In this document: piece by piece, positions 49,608 to 58,321 of the stretch
Layout: every line of letters begins with the position of its first letter
Numbering within the stretch: position 1 is the stretch's first letter
Origin: an uncultured Bacilli bacterium
Lineage (GTDB): Bacteria; Bacillota_I; Bacilli_A; RFN20; CAG-826
Direction of reading: 5' to 3'
DNA: 64,000 nt
Assembly: GCA_905236395.1 (NCBI GenBank)
Contig: CAJOPR010000058.1
Location: 2,515-66,514 of the forward strand
Made by a program: the position numbers and the translations under genes
The notes under the pieces: generated by a model
The model's input: the letters and a program-made list of their open reading frames with translations, nothing else
Databases searched by the model: none
Told to the model about the DNA's origin: nothing

Positions 49608-51170
49608 ATGAAGCCTTTAAGAGTTTTATTACTACTTTCAGCATTCGCTTTGACAAGCTGTGTGGCTGGTAAGTCTGCACCCACAACGTCAGAACCAGAA
49701 GCACCCACTCAAAGTGGAGGTGGAGGAGGAGCGGTTGTTACTAATAACAACGGTCTGACTTCTGAGCAACGATTAGTGTATGGAAATCCTGTGGATGAGA
49801 CCGCACAATTATACGTTGTTATTGAAGCGGGACAAGTAAAACATCGTCTTAACTTTGATATGTCTCATTACTTATATGATGGTAGTTACAACCGTGTCTA
49901 CTCAATGGTCCTCCAAGGCTTCGGATCTGGATATAGTGAAGATCAACTATATCGTAACGATGAATTAAAGTTTTATATCAATGGCAACACAAGAGTGTAT
50001 CCAATCGCTGACTACTATAACCATTACGGTGGCACAGCAAGAAATAATCTCAAATTGCAATTAAGAAAAACATCTTATGGCGTCAACGAACCACGTTTAT
50101 TTGTTCGCGATGATTGCTACCAACCCACATTATATGTGACATGTTATAGTGACCACTATGAAGCGTTTTTAACCGGTTATTCAGGACAACACTATAGTGA
50201 TCCTTATGTCACTGTTCCTAACCCTAATGGAACAGAACTACCTCCAATTCCGCCTGAAACTCCTGGTGGTATCGGTGGTGATACTGGAACAAGTGGCGGT
50301 GGCGGAGGTACCCTATGGCCTCCAGCCGTTCCTAATGGCCCAGGTGGAAATACTCCTGGCGGAAACGAAGGCGAAAACCAAGGTGGCAATTCTGGAGGCA
50401 ATGAAGGCGGTAACTCTGGTGGAAATCAGGGTGGTAATGAAGGCGGTAACTCCGGAGGTAACCAAGGCGGTAATTCCGGGGGCAACAATAATGGCCCAAC
50501 CGAACAAGAAAAAGAGCAACTCGCCAATGACCTTAAAAACATTCAAAAGACAGGTGAGGGTACACCTCAATCTCCAAAAGTTCCTGCTCCTGGAACTGGA
50601 ATAAATGTTCAAATTGGTAAAACACCTGGAAATAATACTACCAATGGCGAAGGACAAAATGGTGACTTGTGCAATTACCTCAAGAGTGGCGGTGTCATTG
50701 AAAATACATATCGATACACAGTTGGCGAAACCTACGCTGGTGGCGGATATTCTTCTTTAACTTGGTATTATGGCGTCCGTTTAGCGTGGTATGCTGATTC
50801 TGGTTATGTCGTAGACATATTTGATCCAGAAGCTCCAAGTAGTGTTTGGATTAGATGGTCAATTGACGCTCCAACTGGATACAATGGCTCAACACTCCAA
50901 ATTACTCTAAGTAAGAGTAGGGCCAGCAATTTAATTAATAGAAATGAAGCGCTTGGAGAATTGTCATATTCATTACTCGATTTAGTTATGGATAAGTATA
51001 TGAGTGATCCAATAACTACAACATTTGGAATCTACAAGGTACTTTATTCTAGTCCTACTGAATTCTTCCTATGTGATAGTGGACCAGTTATAAGTGAATT
51101 AACAGTTTTAGGCTTTATGTTTGCATACGAGTTTTTCCTCGCATTAGCTGCGGCAAGTCAAGGGAGCTAA
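49608..51170 (+). CDS. Lipoprotein with tandem GGN(E/Q/S)GGNSGGNQ repeats
   Basis: Lipobox ALTSC. About 140 nt of near-perfect 30-nt tandem repeats (50355-50490). Confidence 0.6.
   Translation: MKPLRVLLLLSAFALTSCVAGKSAPTTSEPEAPTQSGGGGGAVVTNNNGLTSEQRLVYGNPVDETAQLYVVIEAGQVKHRLNFDMSHYLYDGSYNRVYSMVLQGFGSGYSEDQLYRNDELKFYINGNTRVYPIADYYNHYGGTARNNLKLQLRKTSYGVNEPRLFVRDDCYQPTLYVTCYSDHYEAFLTGYSGQHYSDPYVTVPNPNGTELPPIPPETPGGIGGDTGTSGGGGGTLWPPAVPNGPGGNTPGGNEGENQGGNSGGNEGGNSGGNQGGNEGGNSGGNQGGNSGGNNNGPTEQEKEQLANDLKNIQKTGEGTPQSPKVPAPGTGINVQIGKTPGNNTTNGEGQNGDLCNYLKSGGVIENTYRYTVGETYAGGGYSSLTWYYGVRLAWYADSGYVVDIFDPEAPSSVWIRWSIDAPTGYNGSTLQITLSKSRASNLINRNEALGELSYSLLDLVMDKYMSDPITTTFGIYKVLYSSPTEFFLCDSGPVISELTVLGFMFAYEFFLALAAASQGS
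50355..50490 (+). repeat. Tandem nucleotide repeat encoding GGNEGGNSGGNQ units
   Basis: Visible periodicity ggcggtaactctggtggaaatcagggtggtaatgaa. Confidence 0.7.
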
Positions 51171-51171
51171 T

Positions 51172-51513
51172 ATGGCTAGATTAAAAAGATATTGTGGACC
51201 ATATATCTTAGAATTTGATGGTAACAGGATCAAAGAATACTGTGGCAAATATCTCTATGAGATAGATGGTTTTAGAGTAAAAGAATACTGCGGAAAGTAT
51301 TTATACGAAATAAGCGGTAACCGCATTAAAGAGTATTGCGGTGTATATCGTATAGAAGTAGATGGCAATAGGATTAAAGAATACTGTGGCCGCTACCTAT
51401 ATGAAATAGACGGAAACCGTATTAAAGAATACTGTGGGAAATACCTCTATGAAATAGAAGGATTCTTATCCCATCAACAGTTAATGGCGCTTATCGCTAT
51501 ATTATTTGCATAA
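51172..51513 (+). CDS. Small protein composed of six tandem 16-aa repeats (RIKEYCGKYLYEIDGN) plus a short hydrophobic tail
   Basis: The repeat is visible in the translation. Its start overlaps the lipoprotein stop (TAATATG), and an RBS gggag is present. Confidence 0.55.
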   Translation: MARLKRYCGPYILEFDGNRIKEYCGKYLYEIDGFRVKEYCGKYLYEISGNRIKEYCGVYRIEVDGNRIKEYCGRYLYEIDGNRIKEYCGKYLYEIEGFLSHQQLMALIAILFA

Positions 51514-51561
51514 GATAATTACCCATACTTTGTATGGGTTTTTATATTAAAGGAGAACATT

Positions 51562-52968
51562 ATGAGTTACACAAAAGAAGAAATCCATCAAATCGTACTT
51601 AATCAGAAAGAGTACTTTCTAAAAGGTGAGACATTACCGATTAGATTTAGAAAGCAACAGCTAAAGAGATTAAAAGAAGCCATTCTCAAGAACGAGGAGA
51701 AGATTTGTGACGCTTTATATCAAGACTTAGGTAGATGTGAAGTGGAAGCTTATTTCTGCGATGTTGGTGATGTGGTTATGGAAATCAATGAATACATTCA
51801 TGGATTATCTAGATGGGCCAAACCAGAAAGACATTATTCGGGACTTGCCTCATTCCCATCATTCACTACGAAAGTGTATAAGATGCCTTATGGTGTCTCT
51901 CTCATCATTTCTCCATTTAACTTCCCGATCTTATTATCGCTAGGTGTTTTAGCCGCTTCTATTGCGGGCGGTAATACCGCAATTATAAAAGCCAGCAGTA
52001 AATCCGCAGCGTGTACACAAGCGATGAAAGAGATTATTGCCGAGACATTCCCACCAGAATATGCGATTGTTATCGATGGCGGACATGATGTCGCAGACTT
52101 CTGCTTAGAAGAACCAGTCGATAAGATCTTCTATACCGGTTCTCCAAATGTTGGTAAACACGTTATGGAAATTGCCAGCAAGAACTTAGTTCCAGTTACA
52201 CTGGAATTAGGTGGCGAAAATGGTAACTGGTGCATTATTAGAAAAGACGCAAACTTAAAAGATGCAGCGAGAAAGATTGCCTTCTTTAAGATTTGTAATT
52301 CTGGACAGATTTGTATCAACATAAATCAAGTGGCGGTGGAGAAATCTGTGGCTAAAGAATTTATTGAAGAACTCAAAAAAGCCATCATTAAACAGATTGG
52401 TGAGCACGCTCACACAAATGAAGAATATCCAAAACTTATTACTAGACGCGCTTACGATAAAATTGTTGAAGAAGCAGAACATTATAAAGAAAGAATTGTC
52501 TTCGGTGGTGAAGGTGATCCAGAGAAATGGAAATACGATCCCACAATTATCTATCCAGTGGATATCAACGAACCAATTGTGAATCATGAAATCTTTGGAC
52601 CATTACTTCCAATCGTTGAATATGAAGACAGTGAAATTGATAAGTTACTAGATACCATTTCTCGTAGAGAACATGGCTTAGCGCTATATCTATTCACCAA
52701 GAATATGAAATGGGCTAAAAAAGTTATGCAAACTCAACAATATGGTGGTGGATGCATTAACGAAGTTTGCTTACATCTCATGGTGAAAGGTGTTCCATTT
52801 AACGGAACAGGTCACTCCGGTATGGGCGCTTATCATGGTGTTTGGGGATTTAGAGAATTCACCCATCCATCGACAGTGTTATTTGGTAAGACTCACATGA
52901 ACTTACCACTTAGGGAACACCCATATAATCAAAAGAAAAAGAAACTTTTATCAAGTTTCCTTAAATAA
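51562..52968 (+). CDS. Aldehyde dehydrogenase (NAD(P)+), ALDH3-like
   Basis: ELGGENG and the catalytic Cys context ICNSGQIC. Confidence 0.8.
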   Translation: MSYTKEEIHQIVLNQKEYFLKGETLPIRFRKQQLKRLKEAILKNEEKICDALYQDLGRCEVEAYFCDVGDVVMEINEYIHGLSRWAKPERHYSGLASFPSFTTKVYKMPYGVSLIISPFNFPILLSLGVLAASIAGGNTAIIKASSKSAACTQAMKEIIAETFPPEYAIVIDGGHDVADFCLEEPVDKIFYTGSPNVGKHVMEIASKNLVPVTLELGGENGNWCIIRKDANLKDAARKIAFFKICNSGQICININQVAVEKSVAKEFIEELKKAIIKQIGEHAHTNEEYPKLITRRAYDKIVEEAEHYKERIVFGGEGDPEKWKYDPTIIYPVDINEPIVNHEIFGPLLPIVEYEDSEIDKLLDTISRREHGLALYLFTKNMKWAKKVMQTQQYGGGCINEVCLHLMVKGVPFNGTGHSGMGAYHGVWGFREFTHPSTVLFGKTHMNLPLREHPYNQKKKKLLSSFLK

Positions 52969-53023
52969 TCGGTTATAATATTATCTTAGAAATATACTTT
53001 TTAGACTGATAGGAGCCACTTTT

Positions 53024-53725
53024 ATGTTTGTATGCATCATTCTTCTCGGCTTAGGTTTAATGTCTCTTACGCTTTTCATTATTGAAAAGGTCAGAAAGTA
53101 CTCAGTTAAAGAGACATTACTTAAAGCTACAACATCCGCACTATTTATCGCTTTAGCGGTTTATTGTAACTACATAAAAGGTGCTGGATCCTATGGTATG
53201 TTTGTTATTTTAGGCCTAGTGGTGGGTATGCTAGGTGATATCTTCTTAGAACTTAAATATGTCTATCCAGAGCACGACAAACCATATTCATACGCTGGGT
53301 TCATTATGTTTGCTATCGGACATGTATTTTACATGTTGGGCATCTTTCTCAATTACTTTAAAGAAGCACATTTCTTATATATCCTTCTCCCATTCGTCTT
53401 TGGTGCGATTATGGCAGTAGCCATAATCCTTTTAGAGAAACCATTGAAGCTCAAATACGCAGACATGAAATGGATTTCTTTGGGCTACGCTTTATTCCTA
53501 TTCTCTAGCGTGGGAACCACAATCAGTTTTGCTATTCTCACACAATTCCAATATGTCCCAGCGATTATGTTCATGGGTGCATTAATCTTCTTTGCTGTCA
53601 GTGACTTAATTTTAAGTGGTACATATTTTGGCGTTGGTAAGGACAAACCATTCGATTTAATATCAAACTGTGTTTTATATTATGTCGCACAATTTGCCAT
53701 TGCCTTCTCCTTATTCTTTATCTAA
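53024..53725 (+). CDS. Polytopic membrane protein (YhhN-like size and topology)
   Basis: 8 predicted TM helices. No catalytic motif recognised. Confidence 0.35.
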   Translation: MFVCIILLGLGLMSLTLFIIEKVRKYSVKETLLKATTSALFIALAVYCNYIKGAGSYGMFVILGLVVGMLGDIFLELKYVYPEHDKPYSYAGFIMFAIGHVFYMLGIFLNYFKEAHFLYILLPFVFGAIMAVAIILLEKPLKLKYADMKWISLGYALFLFSSVGTTISFAILTQFQYVPAIMFMGALIFFAVSDLILSGTYFGVGKDKPFDLISNCVLYYVAQFAIAFSLFFI

Positions 53726-54171
53726 TGGAAACGCTATATAAACAAATAGAATCTTTAGTCAGTAATAAACTCCCGATGGTGAGTAATTTAAGCAATGTTT
53801 CAGCGTTGCTTTTTAAACTTGATAATCTCAATTGGGCGGGTTTTTATCTCGCTGATGAAAATGGCGATCTTTATTTAGGACCTTTCCAAGGCGATGTAGC
53901 GTGTAATTTCATTCCTTATGGCAGAGGTGTCTGCGGAACCGCAGTAGCGGAAAAGAAAACGATCATCGTCCCAGATGTGAATAAGTTTGATGGTCATATT
54001 GCTTGCTCCTCATTATCTAAAAGTGAGATAGTGGTGCCCATTATCAAGGATGGTTTAGTCTATGGTGTGATTGATATTGATTCACCGATATTAGATAGAT
54101 TCCATAAAGAGGAAAAAGCGTTCTTAGAAAAGGTTGCTATTTTACTCGCTGAGAACTGCTTTGGTAAATAA
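53725..54171 (+). CDS. GAF domain protein (free methionine-R-sulfoxide reductase-like)
   Basis: GFYLADENGDLYLGPFQG...CGTA pattern. About 148 aa. Confidence 0.65.
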   Translation: METLYKQIESLVSNKLPMVSNLSNVSALLFKLDNLNWAGFYLADENGDLYLGPFQGDVACNFIPYGRGVCGTAVAEKKTIIVPDVNKFDGHIACSSLSKSEIVVPIIKDGLVYGVIDIDSPILDRFHKEEKAFLEKVAILLAENCFGK

Positions 54172-54321
54172 AATTAACATTTTAAATAAGTGAGTAGAAC
54201 TTAACTTCTACTAAGTAGAATGAATATTGAATAAGTGTTATGTAAACAAAACATAACATTTTTTCTTGTCTAAATGATATTTAGATAATATAGTTATGAA
54301 AGACAAAAGGAAACTTGATTT

Positions 54322-55959
54322 ATGACAATTGGTGAAAAAATCGTTCATTTAAGAGCGACTAGTGGTATTTCCCAAGAAGAACTCGCAAAGATGCTTAAAG
54401 TATCTAGACAAGCTCTTTCTAAATGGGAAAAAGATGAATCTCAACCTCAACTAGAATCCATCAAACAATTATGTGAGATCTTTAAGATTTCCGCTGATGA
54501 ATTAATTAACGACAACGTCGTTATCCATCGTGGAAAGAAACTTAAAGTCAGTATTGGTGAAGACATTAAAACTAAATACTTCGGCACAGATGGTTTTAGA
54601 GGTGAAGCAAACAAGACATTAACAAGCGATCACGCTTATAAGATTGGTCGTTTCTTAGGTTGGTTCTACGCCAATCCTAAATATACAGGATGCAAACCTG
54701 GCTACCGTCCAAAAGTGGTTATTGGTAAAGATACCAGACGTAGTTCTTATATGCTTGAATATGCGGTGGCCGCAGGCTTATCTGCGAGTGGTGCAGATGT
54801 CGAATTATTACATGTCACAACCACACCAAGTGTTTCCTATATTGTCAGAATGGATGGTTTTGATTGTGGTGTAATGATTACCGCATCTCATAACCCATAT
54901 TACGATAATGGTATTAAGGTCATTAACTCCTCAGGAGAAAAGATTGAAGACTCAGTCGCTTTCCTCGCTGAAGCATATTTAGATGGCAATTTAAAACTCC
55001 TTGAAGTAGAAGGCGAAGATCTCCCGTTTGCTTCTAGAGGAAATATTGGCACAATTAACGATTACAGCTCTGGCCGTAACAGATATATTGGTTATTTAAT
55101 CTCTTTAGCGAGACACTCAATGAAGAGCTTAAGAATCGGTCTTGATGCCGCAAATGGTGCGTCATGGATGATTGCTAAAAGTGTCTTTGATGCCTTAGGA
55201 GCACAAACATTTATTATAAATAACCAACCTGATGGTCTTAATATTAACGTCAACGCTGGTAGCACACATATTGAACATCTCTGCAAGTTTGTAAAAGAGA
55301 ATAAATTAGATATGGGCTTTGCTTTTGATGGCGATGCTGATAGATGTTTAGCGGTTGATGAACTTGGTCATCCAGTTGATGGTGATAAGATCATGTACTT
55401 ATTAGCCAACAAACTAAAAGCGGAAGGAGCATTAGAGAAAGACACAGTGGTTACCACAATTATGTCTAACTCTGGTTTAACCAAAGCTTTAAAGGCTAAA
55501 GGTATTGAGAATGTTCAAACCAAAGTGGGTGACAGATTTGTATTTGAAAAGATGCAAAAAGAAGGTTATACACTTGGTGGTGAACAATCCGGTCATATTA
55601 TTATGAAGAAATACGCCACAACAGGTGATGGTGTCCTTACCGCAATCATGGTCACAGAAGAAGTTTTAAATAGAAAAGAATCTCTTTCTAAACTTGTTGC
55701 ACCTGTTAAGTTACTACCACAAAAACTTAGAAACGTTCGTGTTACTAATAAAGCCGCGGTCATGGATGATGCCGCTGTCTTAGCTAAGTTCAAAGAAGTA
55801 AACGATGAAATTGGTGAAAATGGTAGAGCCTCATTAAGACAAAGCGGTACTGAACCAGTGGTGAGAATCATGCTCGAATGTCCAACTGAAGAAGAATGTG
55901 ATAAATACATCGAAAAGATTTACGCAGTAATTAAGAAAAGAGGATATGTTTGTGAATAA
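54322..55959 (+). CDS. glmM: Phosphoglucosamine mutase with an N-terminal XRE-type HTH domain
   Basis: Residues 1-65 form a Cro/C1 HTH (QEELAKMLKVSRQALSKWE). Then canonical GlmM follows (KYFGTDGFRGEAN, active-site TASHNPYYDNGIK). No internal ATG precedes the mutase domain. Confidence 0.75.
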   Translation: MTIGEKIVHLRATSGISQEELAKMLKVSRQALSKWEKDESQPQLESIKQLCEIFKISADELINDNVVIHRGKKLKVSIGEDIKTKYFGTDGFRGEANKTLTSDHAYKIGRFLGWFYANPKYTGCKPGYRPKVVIGKDTRRSSYMLEYAVAAGLSASGADVELLHVTTTPSVSYIVRMDGFDCGVMITASHNPYYDNGIKVINSSGEKIEDSVAFLAEAYLDGNLKLLEVEGEDLPFASRGNIGTINDYSSGRNRYIGYLISLARHSMKSLRIGLDAANGASWMIAKSVFDALGAQTFIINNQPDGLNINVNAGSTHIEHLCKFVKENKLDMGFAFDGDADRCLAVDELGHPVDGDKIMYLLANKLKAEGALEKDTVVTTIMSNSGLTKALKAKGIENVQTKVGDRFVFEKMQKEGYTLGGEQSGHIIMKKYATTGDGVLTAIMVTEEVLNRKESLSKLVAPVKLLPQKLRNVRVTNKAAVMDDAAVLAKFKEVNDEIGENGRASLRQSGTEPVVRIMLECPTEEECDKYIEKIYAVIKKRGYVCE

Positions 55960-56614
55960 GAAAATTTTGACTAAAGAATTATTTGATTGTGATATCCCTT
56001 TCTTAAAAGAGGTGTTCGATAATGCCACATATCCTTGGGAAATTCTTCCTCAGATTAAAGAAGTGGTGGCGAAAGCCTTAAAAGAAGGCCTTCCTGGATA
56101 TCATTTATTAGAAAATGGTATTCTTGTTGGTGAGAATGTTAGCGTAGCTAAAACAGCGACAATCTTACCTCCAGCGATTATTGGAAGTGGCACAGAGATT
56201 AGACCTGGCGCTTACTTAAGAGGCAACGTCATCGTTGGTGAAAACTGTGTCTTAGGTAACTCCAGTGAATTGAAGAATTGCATTCTTCTCTATCACGCTC
56301 AAGCACCACATTATAACTACGTTGGTGATTCCATCTTGGGAAATCACGCTCATATGGGTGCTGGAAGTATCTGCTCAAATTTAAGAAGTGATGGTAAGAA
56401 TATCGTTATCCACGCTGATAAGGATCACGAAACCGGCATTAGAAAAGTCGGCGCCTTCATCGCTGATCATGCCGAAATTGGTTGTGGTGCAGTTTTAAAT
56501 CCTGGAACCATCATTGGTAAAAATACACAAGTCTATCCACTTGTAAGTGTGAGAGGCATTGTGCCAGAAAATAGCATCTATAAAGATAAAGACAATATTG
56601 TCGATAAAAGATAA
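55946..56614 (+). CDS. Left-handed beta-helix (hexapeptide repeat) acyltransferase, GlmU C-terminal-domain-like
   Basis: Hexapeptide repeats (IGENCVLGNSSEL..., IGCGAVLNPGTIIG). Overlaps the glmM stop. Confidence 0.5.
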   Translation: MFVNKKILTKELFDCDIPFLKEVFDNATYPWEILPQIKEVVAKALKEGLPGYHLLENGILVGENVSVAKTATILPPAIIGSGTEIRPGAYLRGNVIVGENCVLGNSSELKNCILLYHAQAPHYNYVGDSILGNHAHMGAGSICSNLRSDGKNIVIHADKDHETGIRKVGAFIADHAEIGCGAVLNPGTIIGKNTQVYPLVSVRGIVPENSIYKDKDNIVDKR

Positions 56615-56615
56615 G

Positions 56616-56642
56616 AAAAAGGTTGCGATTTGCAACCTTTTA
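56616..56642. terminator. Bidirectional terminator (aaaggttgc-gattt-gcaaccttt)
   Basis: Perfect 9-bp stem between convergent genes. Confidence 0.75.
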
Positions 56643-56651
56643 CTTTGTAAA

Positions 56652-57035
56652 TTATTTCTTTTTATCTCTTTTAAGATAATGATTTTTTAATGCATCGTAT
56701 GTCTCTTGGGAGATGATGTGTTCCATCGCACATGCATCTTCATAAGCGACTTCCTCAGTAACTCCAAGATCGATTAACGCTCTAGAGAGGATTTGGTGAC
56801 GGTCATATGTCTTTTCAGCGATCTCAAGTCCGCTAGGAGTGAGGTTGATTTCACCGGTATCATCGTTAACAGTGACATATCCATATGCTTTGAGCTTCTT
56901 TAAAGCGATAGATACAGATGGCTTAGAGAACTTCATAAAAGTGGCTATATCAATAGCCCTGACGAATTCTTTCTCATTTTTAAGCATGAGAATTTTCTCT
57001 AAATAATCCTCAACTGATTCTTTCTTGTTATACAT
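56652..57035 (-). CDS. DtxR/MntR family metal-dependent transcriptional regulator
   Basis: Family pattern: N-terminal wHTH (VRAIDIATFMKFSKPSVSIALKKL) and metal-binding helices. Confidence 0.7.
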   Translation of the reverse strand: MYNKKESVEDYLEKILMLKNEKEFVRAIDIATFMKFSKPSVSIALKKLKAYGYVTVNDDTGEINLTPSGLEIAEKTYDRHQILSRALIDLGVTEEVAYEDACAMEHIISQETYDALKNHYLKRDKKK

Positions 57036-57074
57036 AGGATGCTATTATTCTACATTTTTAAAGTACTAATGCAA

Positions 57075-57096
57075 GTAGTTAATGGTGACTAACTAC
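57075..57096. promoter_or_regulatory. Inverted repeat GTAGTTAA-N7-TTAACTAC in the divergent promoter region between the DtxR-like gene and the Fic gene
   Basis: Perfect 8-bp arms. A second partial repeat (tagtaactattaacta) follows. Confidence 0.4.
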
Positions 57097-57272
57097 CATA
57101 TAGTAACTATTAACTATATTTGTATATGGATAGCTTCTTTTTATTAATAAAAAGAGTGGCAAATTACTGAATTGGAATGAAAAACTAATTCGGTATTTTT
57201 GGCCAAAAAATACGGAAATGATTGAATTTATCTAAGATAAGATAGATAATTGAATCACGAGGTATTTTATAT

Positions 57273-58310
57273 ATGAAAATGTTCGACTTGAAAGGAGCGG
57301 TTTTGGGTTTAAATAAGCCTGGAATTGTTTCTTTGCTCAACAGTATTGAGCTCTACAAAGGTAAAACCTTACCTGTCGCAAAGATTAAAAAGGTTGAAGA
57401 TTTAAAACTTATAGCTCGTCGCAGTGGTGTTATTGCTAGTAATGCCATCGGAAGTGTTTATATTTCCGAAGAACGCGAAAGAGCTCTTTTTGTGAAAGGA
57501 AGTGCGCCACAATCATTACAAGAACACATGGTCAGTGGCTATAGCAACGCTTTAGATCTTATCGAAGAGAACTATAAGTTTCAACCATTAGATCGTAGTT
57601 TCATTTCCACATTACATTATTATATTTATAAGGATTATAACCCTGATTTTGGTGGTCGTTTTAAAGACTCTCAAAACTACATCCAAGAAGCGATGCCAGA
57701 TGGTTCTTTTAGAACAATCTTTGTGAGCTCCGCTCCTGAGGAAGTTTTGCCATTATTAGATAGCCTTATTTATCAGTTCAATTTATGCGCGGCTGATGAA
57801 GAATGCAATAAACTCATCCTTATCGCATGCTTCATGCTCGACTTTATGTGCATCCACCCATATAACCATGGTAATGGACGTGTCAGCCGTTTAATCCTTG
57901 AATTCTTATTAAAGAAATATGGTTATGATGTCGGCGATTACTTCGCTATCCCATATTTAATGAGAAATCACTTAGGCGAATATATCGATGCTTTTGAAGC
58001 TTCATCCAAAGGATGGCATGATAACGAAAACGATTACGAAGCATTCGTTAGTTTTATCTTAAAGAGAATCTTAGAAGCCTATCGTAAACTCGATTACATT
58101 TTAGAAGTTAACGATCTCGATGCGACAAGCGAAGAGAAAGTCTTAAAAGTGGTGGTTGATAGCGCAACACCAATTAGTAAGACTGTCGTTATCAACGTTT
58201 TATATGCAACTAGCCAAGCCACAATTGAGAAGGCTTTAGCAAAGTTATTAAAAGATGGCCGTATCCAATTAATTACCAAAGGCCGTTATTCCAAATATTT
58301 TAGAGTATAA
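57273..58310 (+). CDS. Fic/DOC family protein with a non-canonical motif HPYNHGNGRVSR
   Basis: Fic core HxFx(D/E)GNGRxxR is present, with His at the D/E position. 345 aa. Confidence 0.75.
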   Translation: MKMFDLKGAVLGLNKPGIVSLLNSIELYKGKTLPVAKIKKVEDLKLIARRSGVIASNAIGSVYISEERERALFVKGSAPQSLQEHMVSGYSNALDLIEENYKFQPLDRSFISTLHYYIYKDYNPDFGGRFKDSQNYIQEAMPDGSFRTIFVSSAPEEVLPLLDSLIYQFNLCAADEECNKLILIACFMLDFMCIHPYNHGNGRVSRLILEFLLKKYGYDVGDYFAIPYLMRNHLGEYIDAFEASSKGWHDNENDYEAFVSFILKRILEAYRKLDYILEVNDLDATSEEKVLKVVVDSATPISKTVVINVLYATSQATIEKALAKLLKDGRIQLITKGRYSKYFRV

Positions 58311-58321
58311 GGAGAAAGTTT

